A DNA stretch of 54,428 nucleotides from an uncultured archaeon (GTDB taxonomy: Archaea > Altiarchaeota > Altiarchaeia > IMC4 > QMZM01). Under the pieces are notes generated by a model that saw only the letters and a program-made list of their open reading frames with translations, searched no databases and was not told the DNA's origin. Shown one piece after another: positions 9,352 to 17,545 of the stretch. Within the stretch, counting starts at the first letter, position 1. Each line of letters starts with the position of its first letter. The position numbers were made by a program, and so were the translations under genes. The stretch spans positions 4,579 through 59,006 of the forward strand of contig CAZJVE010000005.1 in the NCBI GenBank assembly GCA_964549685.1. The letters are read 5' to 3'.

Positions 9352-10745
9352 CCTTCAACCTCCAGGGCCTTGAGCAGCGCCATGCCCTTGTTCACGGTCT
9401 CCTCGTACTCTCTTTCTGGGACGGAATCAGCAACTATTCCCGCCCCGGCCTGGACATAGGCCCTGTTGCCCTCGAACTCTATAGTGCGAATAGTTATCGC
9501 TGAATCAAGATTGCGATTGAAGGAAAAATAGCCAACAGAACCGGCATAGATTCCCCGCCTTGTGGGCTCCAGCTCCTCTATGATTTCCATGGCCCTGACT
9601 TTCGGGGCTCCAGATACTGTGCCGGCAGGGAAGATGCTCTCAAACGCGTGGAATTCATCCATCTCTGGTTTTAATTCCCCTACAACCTCAGATACTATGT
9701 GCTGTACATGAGAATATTTCTCAATCTCCATGAATTTACTGACCTCAACGGTTCCGAACTCCGCAACCCTGCCAATATCATTCCTTCCCAAATCTACAAG
9801 CATGAGATGCTCTGCTCTCTCCTTTTCATCAGCCAATAAATCCTTCGCCAGTCTTTCATCCTCCGCAGCGTCCTTCCCCCTGGGCCTCGTTCCAGCTATA
9901 GGATATGTCTCGACCCTCCTGTCCTCCACCCTGACGAGCATCTCGGGAGAGGAGCCGGCTATCTTCCTATCGCCAAAGTCGAGGAAGTACATGTATGGAG
10001 AAGGATTTATCTTCTTCAGACGCTGGAAGACCTTGAATTGGTCCCCGTCAAAATCTGTTCCAAATCTCTGCGACAGAACCACTTGGAATATGTCTCCCGC
10101 CTTGATGTACTCCTTCGCGTCCCTGACAGAGGACTCGAATTCCTTCCGGGACATGTTGGACTCGAAGCTGATTGGCTTGCCGTTCTCCTTTGCAGGTGGA
10201 TTCTCGAAGTTAATGATTTTCTTTGAAATAGAATTCAATTCGTCCTTCACTGCATCCCCATCAAATTCTGAGAATTCGTGCGACAGCAGATAGGTCTTGC
10301 CCTCCTTGTGGTCGAATATTATGTTGTTCTTGGCGAGGATGAACTCACATACGGGCTGCTTCAGGTCGTTGGTTGAGTTCTCCTCCAGCTCGATGATGCT
10401 CCTCACGAGGTCGTAGGAGAAGTAGCCAACAAAGCCGCCGAAGAATCTTGCGGTTGGCTTGGAATTCAGTTCGAATTTTAACATAATATTTCTCAGAATT
10501 TCCAGGGGATTCTCTCCATCGGGCTGAGTCTCCCTGAGCGCCGGGTCGCTGGACTTGAAGCTGACCTTCCCGTTGCTCACCGTAAGCTTGGCTATCGGAT
10601 TGAACCCGATGAATGAGTAACGGGCAACCTTCTCTCCACCATCAGAGGATTCAAGGAGGTAGCTGTCCCTGTCGCAGACCGCGAGATATGCCTTCTCAGG
10701 GTCTCTCTCCGGAAGTTCTATACCTATTGGATTGACCGATATCAT
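9348..10745 (-). CDS. trpE: Anthranilate synthase component I
   Basis: LLES, GDIFQVVLS, SSPE, PIAGT, EHLMLVDL.RND, PAGTVSGAPK. Confidence 0.96.
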   Translation of the reverse strand: MISVNPIGIELPERDPEKAYLAVCDRDSYLLESSDGGEKVARYSFIGFNPIAKLTVSNGKVSFKSSDPALRETQPDGENPLEILRNIMLKFELNSKPTARFFGGFVGYFSYDLVRSIIELEENSTNDLKQPVCEFILAKNNIIFDHKEGKTYLLSHEFSEFDGDAVKDELNSISKKIINFENPPAKENGKPISFESNMSRKEFESSVRDAKEYIKAGDIFQVVLSQRFGTDFDGDQFKVFQRLKKINPSPYMYFLDFGDRKIAGSSPEMLVRVEDRRVETYPIAGTRPRGKDAAEDERLAKDLLADEKERAEHLMLVDLGRNDIGRVAEFGTVEVSKFMEIEKYSHVQHIVSEVVGELKPEMDEFHAFESIFPAGTVSGAPKVRAMEIIEELEPTRRGIYAGSVGYFSFNRNLDSAITIRTIEFEGNRAYVQAGAGIVADSVPEREYEETVNKGMALLKALEVEG

Positions 10746-10759
10746 GGTTATGTATAACC
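10746..10759. promoter_or_regulatory. Palindromic operator candidate between the TATA box and the trpE start
   Basis: GGTTA-TGTA-TAACC abuts the trpE ATG; TTTAAATA on the minus strand at about 10767-10774; core resembles the TGTACA TRP box. Confidence 0.5.
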
Positions 10760-10788
10760 GATTTAGTATTTAAATATACTTAGATGTA

Positions 10789-10796
10789 TGTTTTCA
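10789..10796 (+). repeat. Left 8-bp target-site duplication TGTTTTCA
   Basis: Identical to 16880-16887; abuts the left TIR. Confidence 0.9.
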
Positions 10797-10846
10797 GGCA
10801 CTGTTGCGTTATCGTGGGAAAAAAGAGGGTGTTGCGGGGCGGGGGA
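10797..10846 (+). repeat. Left terminal inverted repeat (imperfect, about 50 bp)
   Basis: 34/50 ungapped identity by hand count to the reverse complement of 16830-16879; GTTGC occurs at offsets 7 and 35 in both ends. Confidence 0.85.
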
Positions 10847-10857
10847 TAAGCCCCTTT

Positions 10858-11253
10858 TTAAAATTTCGACATTATCTTGTCCCTGCACTTAATCGGGTTT
10901 TTGAAAACCTCGTGCTCCCACAGCCGTATAACTGTCCAGCCACCCTTTTTAAGCTCTCCCGTATGCTTTTTATCCCTCTTGACATTCCTTTGTATCTTTG
11001 GGCCCCAATACTCTTTGTTAGACTTCGGCATCCTGCAATGTTTCGGGCATCCGTGCCAAAAGCACCCGTCTATGAATATTGCCATTTTTCTCTTTTTATT
11101 AGCAAAATCAGGATTTCCCTTAATGTTTTTTGGATGATAGTTAAAAATTCTGCCATCAAGAATGCGTTTCATAATTAATTCTGGTTTGGTTCTCTCACTT
11201 CTTACTTTAGACATTATATCGCTTCTTTTTTCTTTAGAAAAGACATCCGCCAT
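10858..11253 (-). CDS. vsr: Very short patch repair endonuclease
   Basis: MADVFSKEKRSDIMSKV, TKPE, G.PD, FIDGCFWHGC, W..KI.RN..RD, GW.V.R.WE. Confidence 0.95.
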   Translation of the reverse strand: MADVFSKEKRSDIMSKVRSERTKPELIMKRILDGRIFNYHPKNIKGNPDFANKKRKMAIFIDGCFWHGCPKHCRMPKSNKEYWGPKIQRNVKRDKKHTGELKKGGWTVIRLWEHEVFKNPIKCRDKIMSKF

Positions 11254-11299
11254 CGTATCTTTAATATATATTTTATATGTGTCTTTTGAATTATATTAC

Positions 11300-12472
11300 A
11301 TGAGGTGGAGATGGGACCAAGGACGGCTTGAATATTTTAGATTTGACAATATTCGCAGAATTGCGTGTTCTTTACATGAACTAGATGGCGCGACTCTTAA
11401 AGGGGGCGACTCATTGCGTTCCCCAATGGAAGACCAAACAGGTTTGGCTTTTCTCCCCTCTAGCTATTCCGTTTGGAGGAATTATGGGAGAACGTTTCAA
11501 TGCGCCCTTCTTGCAACTAAAATTGGCAATATTCTAAGAACGACAGATATTTGTAAAAGATTAGCAGACGATGGAGATAATGCACTAGGTTCCGATGAAT
11601 ATTTTACTATTATTATGCGTCAGTTCTATCTCCCTTTTCCTGCATTCACTGATTATCAAACTTCAGGCTCTCAAGTATTTCCATTCTGTGCCGTTATGCG
11701 ATTCCTTCTCTCTAAGGCAGTGGCAAACCAAGAACCACGGGTAAGTTTAGATGAGATTTTTTCATTTGTAGTTGGAAACGAGTGCAAAGGTAATGAACCC
11801 ATCAGCTTTTATTCAGGACTCCATCCGACAGGTCACACCGCCACTGGGGATGAGAGAAGGCAAGTGAGGGAAATGCTAATAGCTATTAGTCAATTCAGTT
11901 ATTTGGACTGGGTTAATAACAATTTAGAATTAGATGTTGCTACTGAAGAGAAACAAACGATAACGCTATTAGAAAGCCAATTCATGCCGTCAATACACGA
12001 AAGATTGCCACATCGAGGGGAAGAAATTCTTCACTTGGGAACCCTCACAGAACATCCAGACATTACGCTCCCTCAAAGGGAAACGGCTGCAGATATTGTT
12101 TTCACTGAAGGTAAGCGAGTTCGGATGACCCATTTAAGAATTGAACGCAATCGAAAGATTAGAAAAGAATTTTTTGAAAGAATGGAGCCGCCTTTTAGGT
12201 GTGATGTGTGTGGGATATTGGTGAACGAGCGTTATCCGTGGGTTGATAATCTTCTTCAAGTCCATCACATTTTGCCCCTCTCTTCGCCAATCTATATAGG
12301 GGGCGATGGAACATCCTTTTCAGATATTGTTGCACTTTGTCCTAATTGCCACGGTGCCATACATAGGTATTATCGAAGTTGGTTATCATCACATAATCAA
12401 GTGGACTTTTTAGGTAATGAAGAAGCCCACCAAGTTTATGAAGGCGCTAAGCGAGAATATGCTCCTGATTAG
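11300..12472 (+). CDS. HNH endonuclease, putative restriction enzyme
   Basis: C-terminal F.EG.....H...ERN, CDVCG, VHHILPL, LCPNCH..IH (McrA-like HNH); start placed at ATG 11300 to avoid overlap with vsr. Confidence 0.8.
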   Translation: MRWRWDQGRLEYFRFDNIRRIACSLHELDGATLKGGDSLRSPMEDQTGLAFLPSSYSVWRNYGRTFQCALLATKIGNILRTTDICKRLADDGDNALGSDEYFTIIMRQFYLPFPAFTDYQTSGSQVFPFCAVMRFLLSKAVANQEPRVSLDEIFSFVVGNECKGNEPISFYSGLHPTGHTATGDERRQVREMLIAISQFSYLDWVNNNLELDVATEEKQTITLLESQFMPSIHERLPHRGEEILHLGTLTEHPDITLPQRETAADIVFTEGKRVRMTHLRIERNRKIRKEFFERMEPPFRCDVCGILVNERYPWVDNLLQVHHILPLSSPIYIGGDGTSFSDIVALCPNCHGAIHRYYRSWLSSHNQVDFLGNEEAHQVYEGAKREYAPD

Positions 12473-13656
12473 CTCACTTCAAAGATTTGTTGCGCTATTG
12501 ATGTGGCTAGGTGATATGCAAGAACAGGTGGGACAGCATTGCCTACTTGAGTGAACTGCCGTGCAATAGGGCCGTAAAATACAAAAGAGTCAGGGAAAGT
12601 TTGTAGCCTTGCACATTCCCTCACTGACAGAGTTCTAGGTATTGTTGGATGAAGATGGGAGCGTCCACCGCCCTGACACCCGCCGGCTATGACTGTCAAA
12701 GATGGGCGGTTAGCTTCAAGCCTGTTCACTCGCCCATGTTTATCTCGTTCACCACACTTCAACATAATGTATCGTTTAATTGATTTCGCAGTATGTTTTC
12801 TCGTAATGTGGTTTTTAATATCTTTTTTTGGTAAATTAAGGGCATTAGAACAAGGTATTTTTTTATCGTTAGCATCTGGAAATTTAAATAAACCTTTCCG
12901 AGAGCCAACGATAAATAATCTTTTCCGATATTGTGGAACGCCATAATCAACAGCATCAATAATATGTGGCTTAGTAACTGAGTAATCAGCTTTCGAAAGA
13001 GTAGATAATACCTTATTGAGCTGTTCTCCACCATCAATGGAAGCCAGCCCAGTTACATTTTCAATTAAAAAGGCTTGGGGTTTAAACCTTTTGATGTACC
13101 AAACATAGTCAGATAAGAGATTGCCGTTAGTTTCATGGGCAAATCCCACTCTTTTAAAATTACTATCCCCCTTCTGAAATCTCTGATTTGATGCGACACT
13201 AAATGGTTGGCATGGTGGCCCCCCTATGAACATTCCTTCAAATGGAGTAGTAATATGCTTATTCAATTTATTGAAAATTTTTTTTCTGTCAGATATGTCT
13301 CCATCTTCGTTTGGTGGGCCTATGACATTCCATTTAGGACGATTGATACGTAAAGTATTGCAAAATAGCTCATTATTATCGATGCATGCCAAGTGTTCAA
13401 ATCCTGCTGATTCAAAACCAAGGTCTAATCCGCCACAACCAGAAAAGAAACTTATGATTGGTGTGTTTGGAGGTAAAACAGAAAGATTATCAACGCTTTT
13501 ATACTTCTCTCCTGTGCCGTTTATTTGGCACTTGTGCTCATATACAAGGTCGTTGTAAGAATGCCCCGCATTGGTCAATGTCTCATGAAGTGGTTTATTA
13601 TTTTGAATGCATTGATTAATTATTTCGGTTTGTTCATCCCAGTCAAGAATTGGCAT
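12469..13656 (-). CDS. DNA (cytosine-5) methyltransferase
   Basis: FFSGCGG, GGPPCQ.FS, ENV, Q.R.R, R.LS.RE.ARLQ.FP, Q.GNAVP. Confidence 0.95.
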   Translation of the reverse strand: MPILDWDEQTEIINQCIQNNKPLHETLTNAGHSYNDLVYEHKCQINGTGEKYKSVDNLSVLPPNTPIISFFSGCGGLDLGFESAGFEHLACIDNNELFCNTLRINRPKWNVIGPPNEDGDISDRKKIFNKLNKHITTPFEGMFIGGPPCQPFSVASNQRFQKGDSNFKRVGFAHETNGNLLSDYVWYIKRFKPQAFLIENVTGLASIDGGEQLNKVLSTLSKADYSVTKPHIIDAVDYGVPQYRKRLFIVGSRKGLFKFPDANDKKIPCSNALNLPKKDIKNHITRKHTAKSIKRYIMLKCGERDKHGRVNRLEANRPSLTVIAGGCQGGGRSHLHPTIPRTLSVRECARLQTFPDSFVFYGPIARQFTQVGNAVPPVLAYHLATSIAQQIFEVS

Positions 13657-13721
13657 TTTGTATTTTCAATATAATTTTATGGCGTTCTTATTATTTAGTG
13701 AGAGAGCATCGGAAAAGTAAA

Positions 13722-13880
13722 CTATCTTGTTTTGCTGTTTTTATTCTGTCTAGGCTTATCCCAGTAAGGACTCTTACACTTCGGGCATACTCTTGGAGCA
13801 TCGTCATTTCTCGGCACCCATTCGTGTTCGCATCGCTCACAGCGATAGCCCATCGCCGTAATCTTAACCTTTTTAACCAT
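13722..13880 (-). CDS. Small Zn-ribbon protein (52 aa; not in ORF track)
   Basis: MVKKVKITAMGYRCERCEHEWVPRNDDAPRVCPKCKSPYWDKPRQNKNSKTR*; two CxxC pairs; TATA-like box upstream. Confidence 0.8.
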   Translation of the reverse strand: MVKKVKITAMGYRCERCEHEWVPRNDDAPRVCPKCKSPYWDKPRQNKNSKTR

Positions 13881-13888
13881 TTATTTGT

Positions 13889-14013
13889 TAGTAATATAGT
13901 ATTTAGTATATAAATACATAGTATATGCTCTAATAGATATGTTCTTCTGCTGACGTAAATTAAACGAAATATACACCGAGTTTGTATTTATATACCTTAA
14001 TACTAATATACTA
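13889..14013. promoter_or_regulatory. Mirror-image divergent promoters of the Zn-ribbon gene and transposase
   Basis: Perfect 12-bp inverted repeat GTATATAAATAC(13906-13917)/GTATTTATATAC(13984-13995) containing TTTATATA; each copy is followed by AATACTA...ACTA. Confidence 0.6.
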
Positions 14014-14042
14014 CATAGGTATATAGTAAGGAGGTAAATAAA

Positions 14043-15218
14043 ATGGAGTTAACAGACAGGCAGGTAAGGGGTATGGCAATCATCGCCAAGGGCGACATGC
14101 CGAAGCAGATAGACGGTAGAACCTTCAGGGTTCCCTCGCAGAACGGAGGCGGGAGCTACAAGGTCTGGACCGAGACGGACATCTACTACGCCGACGGAAA
14201 GAGGCAGGAGGTAGAGGTCTGGAAGTGCGAGTGCCCCGATTTTCAATATCATGGCTCTAAGGAATGGGAGGACTGCAAACACATCTCAGCGATAAAGTTC
14301 TGGCAGGACTTGAAGAAGAACCACGCCCCTGAGATGGTTGCCGAGATAGTGAATCCTGAGCCGATGGAGAACGTCCTTGAATGCGCCTACTGCGGAAGCA
14401 GGGATTTAAGGAAAGATGGACACAGAAAGACACGCTTCGGGAAGAAGCAGAGAATGGAGTGCAAATCATGTGATAGAAAATTCACGATAGATGCGGAGTT
14501 TGGCAAACTAAGCACAAATCCAGAGGTCATAAGCGTAGTTCTTGACCTATATTTCAAGGGCATCAGTTTGCGAAAGATTCAAGACCACTTAAAGCAGTTC
14601 TACAAGATGGAAGTTGACCACTCGACAGTATATCGCTGGATAAGGAGATACACCGAGCAGATACATAAATTCACGCAGGGGCTTACGCCAGAGACAGGTA
14701 AGGTATGGCACTCAGATGAGATGAAGATTAAGGTCGGCGATAAATGGAAGTGGCAGTGGAACCTAATGGATAGGGATTCACGATTCCTTCTGGCAACACA
14801 GGTTACAGATGCCAGGTATGTCGGCGATGCCGAGACATTGCTTATTGAGGGTAAGGAGAAGGCCAAGAAGAAGCCAGAGTTCCTTATGACCGATGGCCTG
14901 CACTCATACATCAAGGCGTCCAAGAAGCATCTGAGGGGTAATGGGTTCACTCACATAAGATGCCCCACACTAAGAAGCAAGTCGAATAACAACGTGGTGG
15001 AGAGATACAACAACACGATGAGGGAGCGGGACAAAACCCTGCGGGGATACAAGAAGAACGAGACAGCCGATGCATTGATTCAGGGGTTCGCCGACTACTA
15101 CAATTTCGTAAGGGAGCATCAAAAGTTAGGCACTACGCCTGCGGAGAAGGCGGGGATAAACCTTAATCTTGGAGAGAATAGGTGGCTTGACTTGCTACGA
15201 ATGAGTGTAAGTGATTAA
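14043..15218 (+). CDS. IS6-family DDE transposase with N-terminal SWIM finger and Zn ribbon
   Basis: CECPDF...CKHI (SWIM); CAYC...CKSC; SLRKI..H...HST.YRW (HTH); WHSDE, MTDG, NNVVERYN (DDE); GGAGGT RBS. Confidence 0.88.
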   Translation: MELTDRQVRGMAIIAKGDMPKQIDGRTFRVPSQNGGGSYKVWTETDIYYADGKRQEVEVWKCECPDFQYHGSKEWEDCKHISAIKFWQDLKKNHAPEMVAEIVNPEPMENVLECAYCGSRDLRKDGHRKTRFGKKQRMECKSCDRKFTIDAEFGKLSTNPEVISVVLDLYFKGISLRKIQDHLKQFYKMEVDHSTVYRWIRRYTEQIHKFTQGLTPETGKVWHSDEMKIKVGDKWKWQWNLMDRDSRFLLATQVTDARYVGDAETLLIEGKEKAKKKPEFLMTDGLHSYIKASKKHLRGNGFTHIRCPTLRSKSNNNVVERYNNTMRERDKTLRGYKKNETADALIQGFADYYNFVREHQKLGTTPAEKAGINLNLGENRWLDLLRMSVSD

Positions 15219-15748
15219 CGCCGTTCTTTAATACGCTCCATTGCATCTAATAGTGCCTTGAAAAGGTCAAAACACCTATACGCTCTTAAAAAACCAAAAC
15301 TTAGTGCAGTTATTGATATATAGAGGTAAATCAGTTTAACATTCGTGTTTTCAATCAAGGAAATTTTAAAGAAATATAATGCCCCTAGGAGTATGATAAC
15401 CCCAAATATCCCAAATATAGAATCCGTAAATCTTTTGTAAAGTTCTATATGTTTTTTATGAGCCATCAATATTTTGAATGCCTCATTTTTCTTTAGTGTT
15501 GATTCAAAAGCATGTAATATCGCCAGTATCGTTAGGAGAGCACCAAGAATCGTGGTTAATATCACTATAAATAGATTTAAATCTGAAGCCTCCAGACAAT
15601 AATATGTAAGGTTCTTCATTAATTCAAAATCAGTTACTTTCAAAAGCCCCAATGAAAAGTAGATTAAGCAGATGGATATAAGTAAGGCCAAGGATATACT
15701 ACAAGACAATAACACATCTCCCCTTAAAGATTTGGTTGGATTAATCAT
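15215..15748 (-). CDS. Hypothetical membrane protein (about 4 TM), transposon cargo
   Basis: Four hydrophobic stretches; start coupled to the upstream gene's stop (exact start uncertain, 15748 or 15769). Confidence 0.7.
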   Translation of the reverse strand: MINPTKSLRGDVLLSCSISLALLISICLIYFSLGLLKVTDFELMKNLTYYCLEASDLNLFIVILTTILGALLTILAILHAFESTLKKNEAFKILMAHKKHIELYKRFTDSIFGIFGVIILLGALYFFKISLIENTNVKLIYLYISITALSFGFLRAYRCFDLFKALLDAMERIKERR

Positions 15749-16772
15749 CCTCTCCATTGACTTTATCAATCAAATATCTACACGCCTTTTTTGGGGATAC
15801 CTCAAAATCATCTATCTCATTTTTATCTAATTGAATAGATTCGCTCTCAAAGCTTCTTAATAAGTTTTCTTCATCAGAAACCGATGCGTTTTCATCAATC
15901 CAATAGTCAAATTTAAAGGAACTCATAATGCTGGCAAAATCTATCTGTAGTAGTTCCTCCACATTGTCTACGGCAAACTCTTTAAGCAATAAGTCCTTCA
16001 CTTTCATAAAACTGCCACGTTTAGATTTACCTAAACTGAATTCTATATTGACAGAATAATCTTCAGTAACTCCTAATTTACCTAAAAATTCTTCGACTGG
16101 GGAATCGGAGCTGAGGTCTGCGTTCTTTTTGAATGTCATAACTATTCTCTTTAACTTCTTTCCAAAAACTTTTTTTAATTGTTCCTTCTTCTTCTCCTTG
16201 ACTTTATGTTTATGGATAAAGGTTATATCATCTTGGTTTATTATCTGTCTCATATAATCAATGAACACGCCGATGCCTGGATATTGGAATCCTTGCTCCA
16301 TCAATACAAGTATCTTCCCATCCATTATAGTGAAGGCAAAACTGACAATATCTCTTTTTATCTCTCCCGTTTCACCATTATCTCCTGTTTTTGAGGATAG
16401 ATTAACTATTTCGTCTGTTCTCCCATCCAGATGACAGTATTCAGTATCTTGTTGTGTTCGGACAATATAACTATAGAAAAAATCACGAGTTGGTTCGTCT
16501 TCTTCATCATTATCCTCATCCTCACTTTCATATTTCCCTATTTTTAGTTTATATGCTCTACCGCTTTGTTTACGCTTTACTCTTATGTCCGAATCAAAAT
16601 CATATTCTCCATCACTGCCTTTAAGTATATCCTCTAAATTTTTTTGTATGGACTCGGAATCAGTAGCAATTACCTCATAATAAAAGAAGTTATATCCTGC
16701 CATATAAAAAAGATTGTCTTCATCACTTAAAAGTGTTATTTTTATGCGTAATTCGTCCATCTCTTCATCCAT
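15741..16772 (-). CDS. Hypothetical acidic soluble protein, transposon cargo
   Basis: 343-aa ORF with GGAGGTGA RBS; no motif recognised. Confidence 0.75.
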   Translation of the reverse strand: MDEEMDELRIKITLLSDEDNLFYMAGYNFFYYEVIATDSESIQKNLEDILKGSDGEYDFDSDIRVKRKQSGRAYKLKIGKYESEDEDNDEEDEPTRDFFYSYIVRTQQDTEYCHLDGRTDEIVNLSSKTGDNGETGEIKRDIVSFAFTIMDGKILVLMEQGFQYPGIGVFIDYMRQIINQDDITFIHKHKVKEKKKEQLKKVFGKKLKRIVMTFKKNADLSSDSPVEEFLGKLGVTEDYSVNIEFSLGKSKRGSFMKVKDLLLKEFAVDNVEELLQIDFASIMSSFKFDYWIDENASVSDEENLLRSFESESIQLDKNEIDDFEVSPKKACRYLIDKVNGEDD

Positions 16773-16829
16773 TTACATCACCTCCGTCTTCCAATAATTT
16801 GAAAAAAGAAGGTGATTGAGGCAACCCCT

Positions 16830-16879
16830 TCCCCCGCTCTGCAACTTGATTTCCGTTCCCCCGATTTTGCAACGGTGTC
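16830..16879 (-). repeat. Right terminal inverted repeat
   Basis: Reverse complement GACACCGTTGCAAAATCGGGGGAA...GTTGCAGAGCGGGGGA. Confidence 0.85.
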
Positions 16880-16887
16880 TGTTTTCA
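16880..16887 (+). repeat. Right 8-bp target-site duplication TGTTTTCA
   Basis: Identical to 10789-10796. Confidence 0.9.
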
Positions 16888-16940
16888 TACATTAATTGAG
16901 GTTATATAAAATTTAATATCACTCCCTCCATATATTCTAC

Positions 16941-17513
16941 ATGACCTCCGGCATGAAAAAGATTATTAGGGAGAGCCTCCCAATTCTCATCCTGACTGCA
17001 GTAGGGGGCGTTATTGCTGGACTTCTTCTTCATGACATGGAGGCCGACATCACAAAGATTCCAGGGGTTCTGGTTCTCCTTCCAGCCATTCTCGGGCTTC
17101 GGGGAAACATCTCCGGGGTGCTGGGTTCAAGGCTTGCCTCCGCTCTTCATCTCGGTCTGATTGATGCTGAGTTAAAATGGAACAAGCCCCTTGCTGACAA
17201 CATCTATGCTTCTATGATTCTCAACGTTGTTATGTCATTTCTTCTTGGAATAATCGCCTACTATGCATACATCCTTGCTGGATTTTCCGATACCGCCTCC
17301 ATTATCCAGTTAACGTTAATCTCATTAATAGCCGGGACACTTGCGGGCGTGGTTCTTACCGCATTGACGGTTCTCCTTTCCATAGTGACATTCGCTCGCG
17401 GTTTTGACCCGGACAATATCCTTATGCCCTCGGTATCAACGGTAGGGGACATAATAACTGTGATGTGCCTTCTGATAGCAATCAGAATAGTCACCCTTTT
17501 ACCATTTATTTAG
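16941..17513 (+). CDS. MgtE-family divalent cation transporter membrane domain
   Basis: P.....GN...LGSRL.SALHLG and G.DPDN...P.....GD motifs. Confidence 0.85.
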   Translation: MTSGMKKIIRESLPILILTAVGGVIAGLLLHDMEADITKIPGVLVLLPAILGLRGNISGVLGSRLASALHLGLIDAELKWNKPLADNIYASMILNVVMSFLLGIIAYYAYILAGFSDTASIIQLTLISLIAGTLAGVVLTALTVLLSIVTFARGFDPDNILMPSVSTVGDIITVMCLLIAIRIVTLLPFI

Positions 17514-17545
17514 GTTCCAAACAAATATTAATTCAATAATCCGAA

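Larger units (their letters stand above)
10797..16879. mobile_element. 6,083-bp IS6/IS26-family cargo transposon (single internal transposase, passenger genes on both sides)
   Basis: Ends GGCACTGTTGCGTT and (reverse complement) GACACCGTTGCAAA; 8-bp TSD; internal DDE transposase; visibly AT-richer cargo. Confidence 0.9.

Noticed and set aside
11162-11299. N-terminal 46 aa of the 436-aa HNH ORF
   Set aside because: Overlaps vsr on the opposite strand and the AT-rich divergent promoter; ATG 11300 is more plausible
13650-13913. 87-aa plus-strand ORF in the track
   Set aside because: Shadow of the minus-strand Zn-ribbon gene; no motif
10797-16879. Calling the element IS26 itself or a composite transposon
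   Set aside because: Only the end motif resembles IS26; there is one much longer transposase and I saw no inner TIR pair or second IS copy
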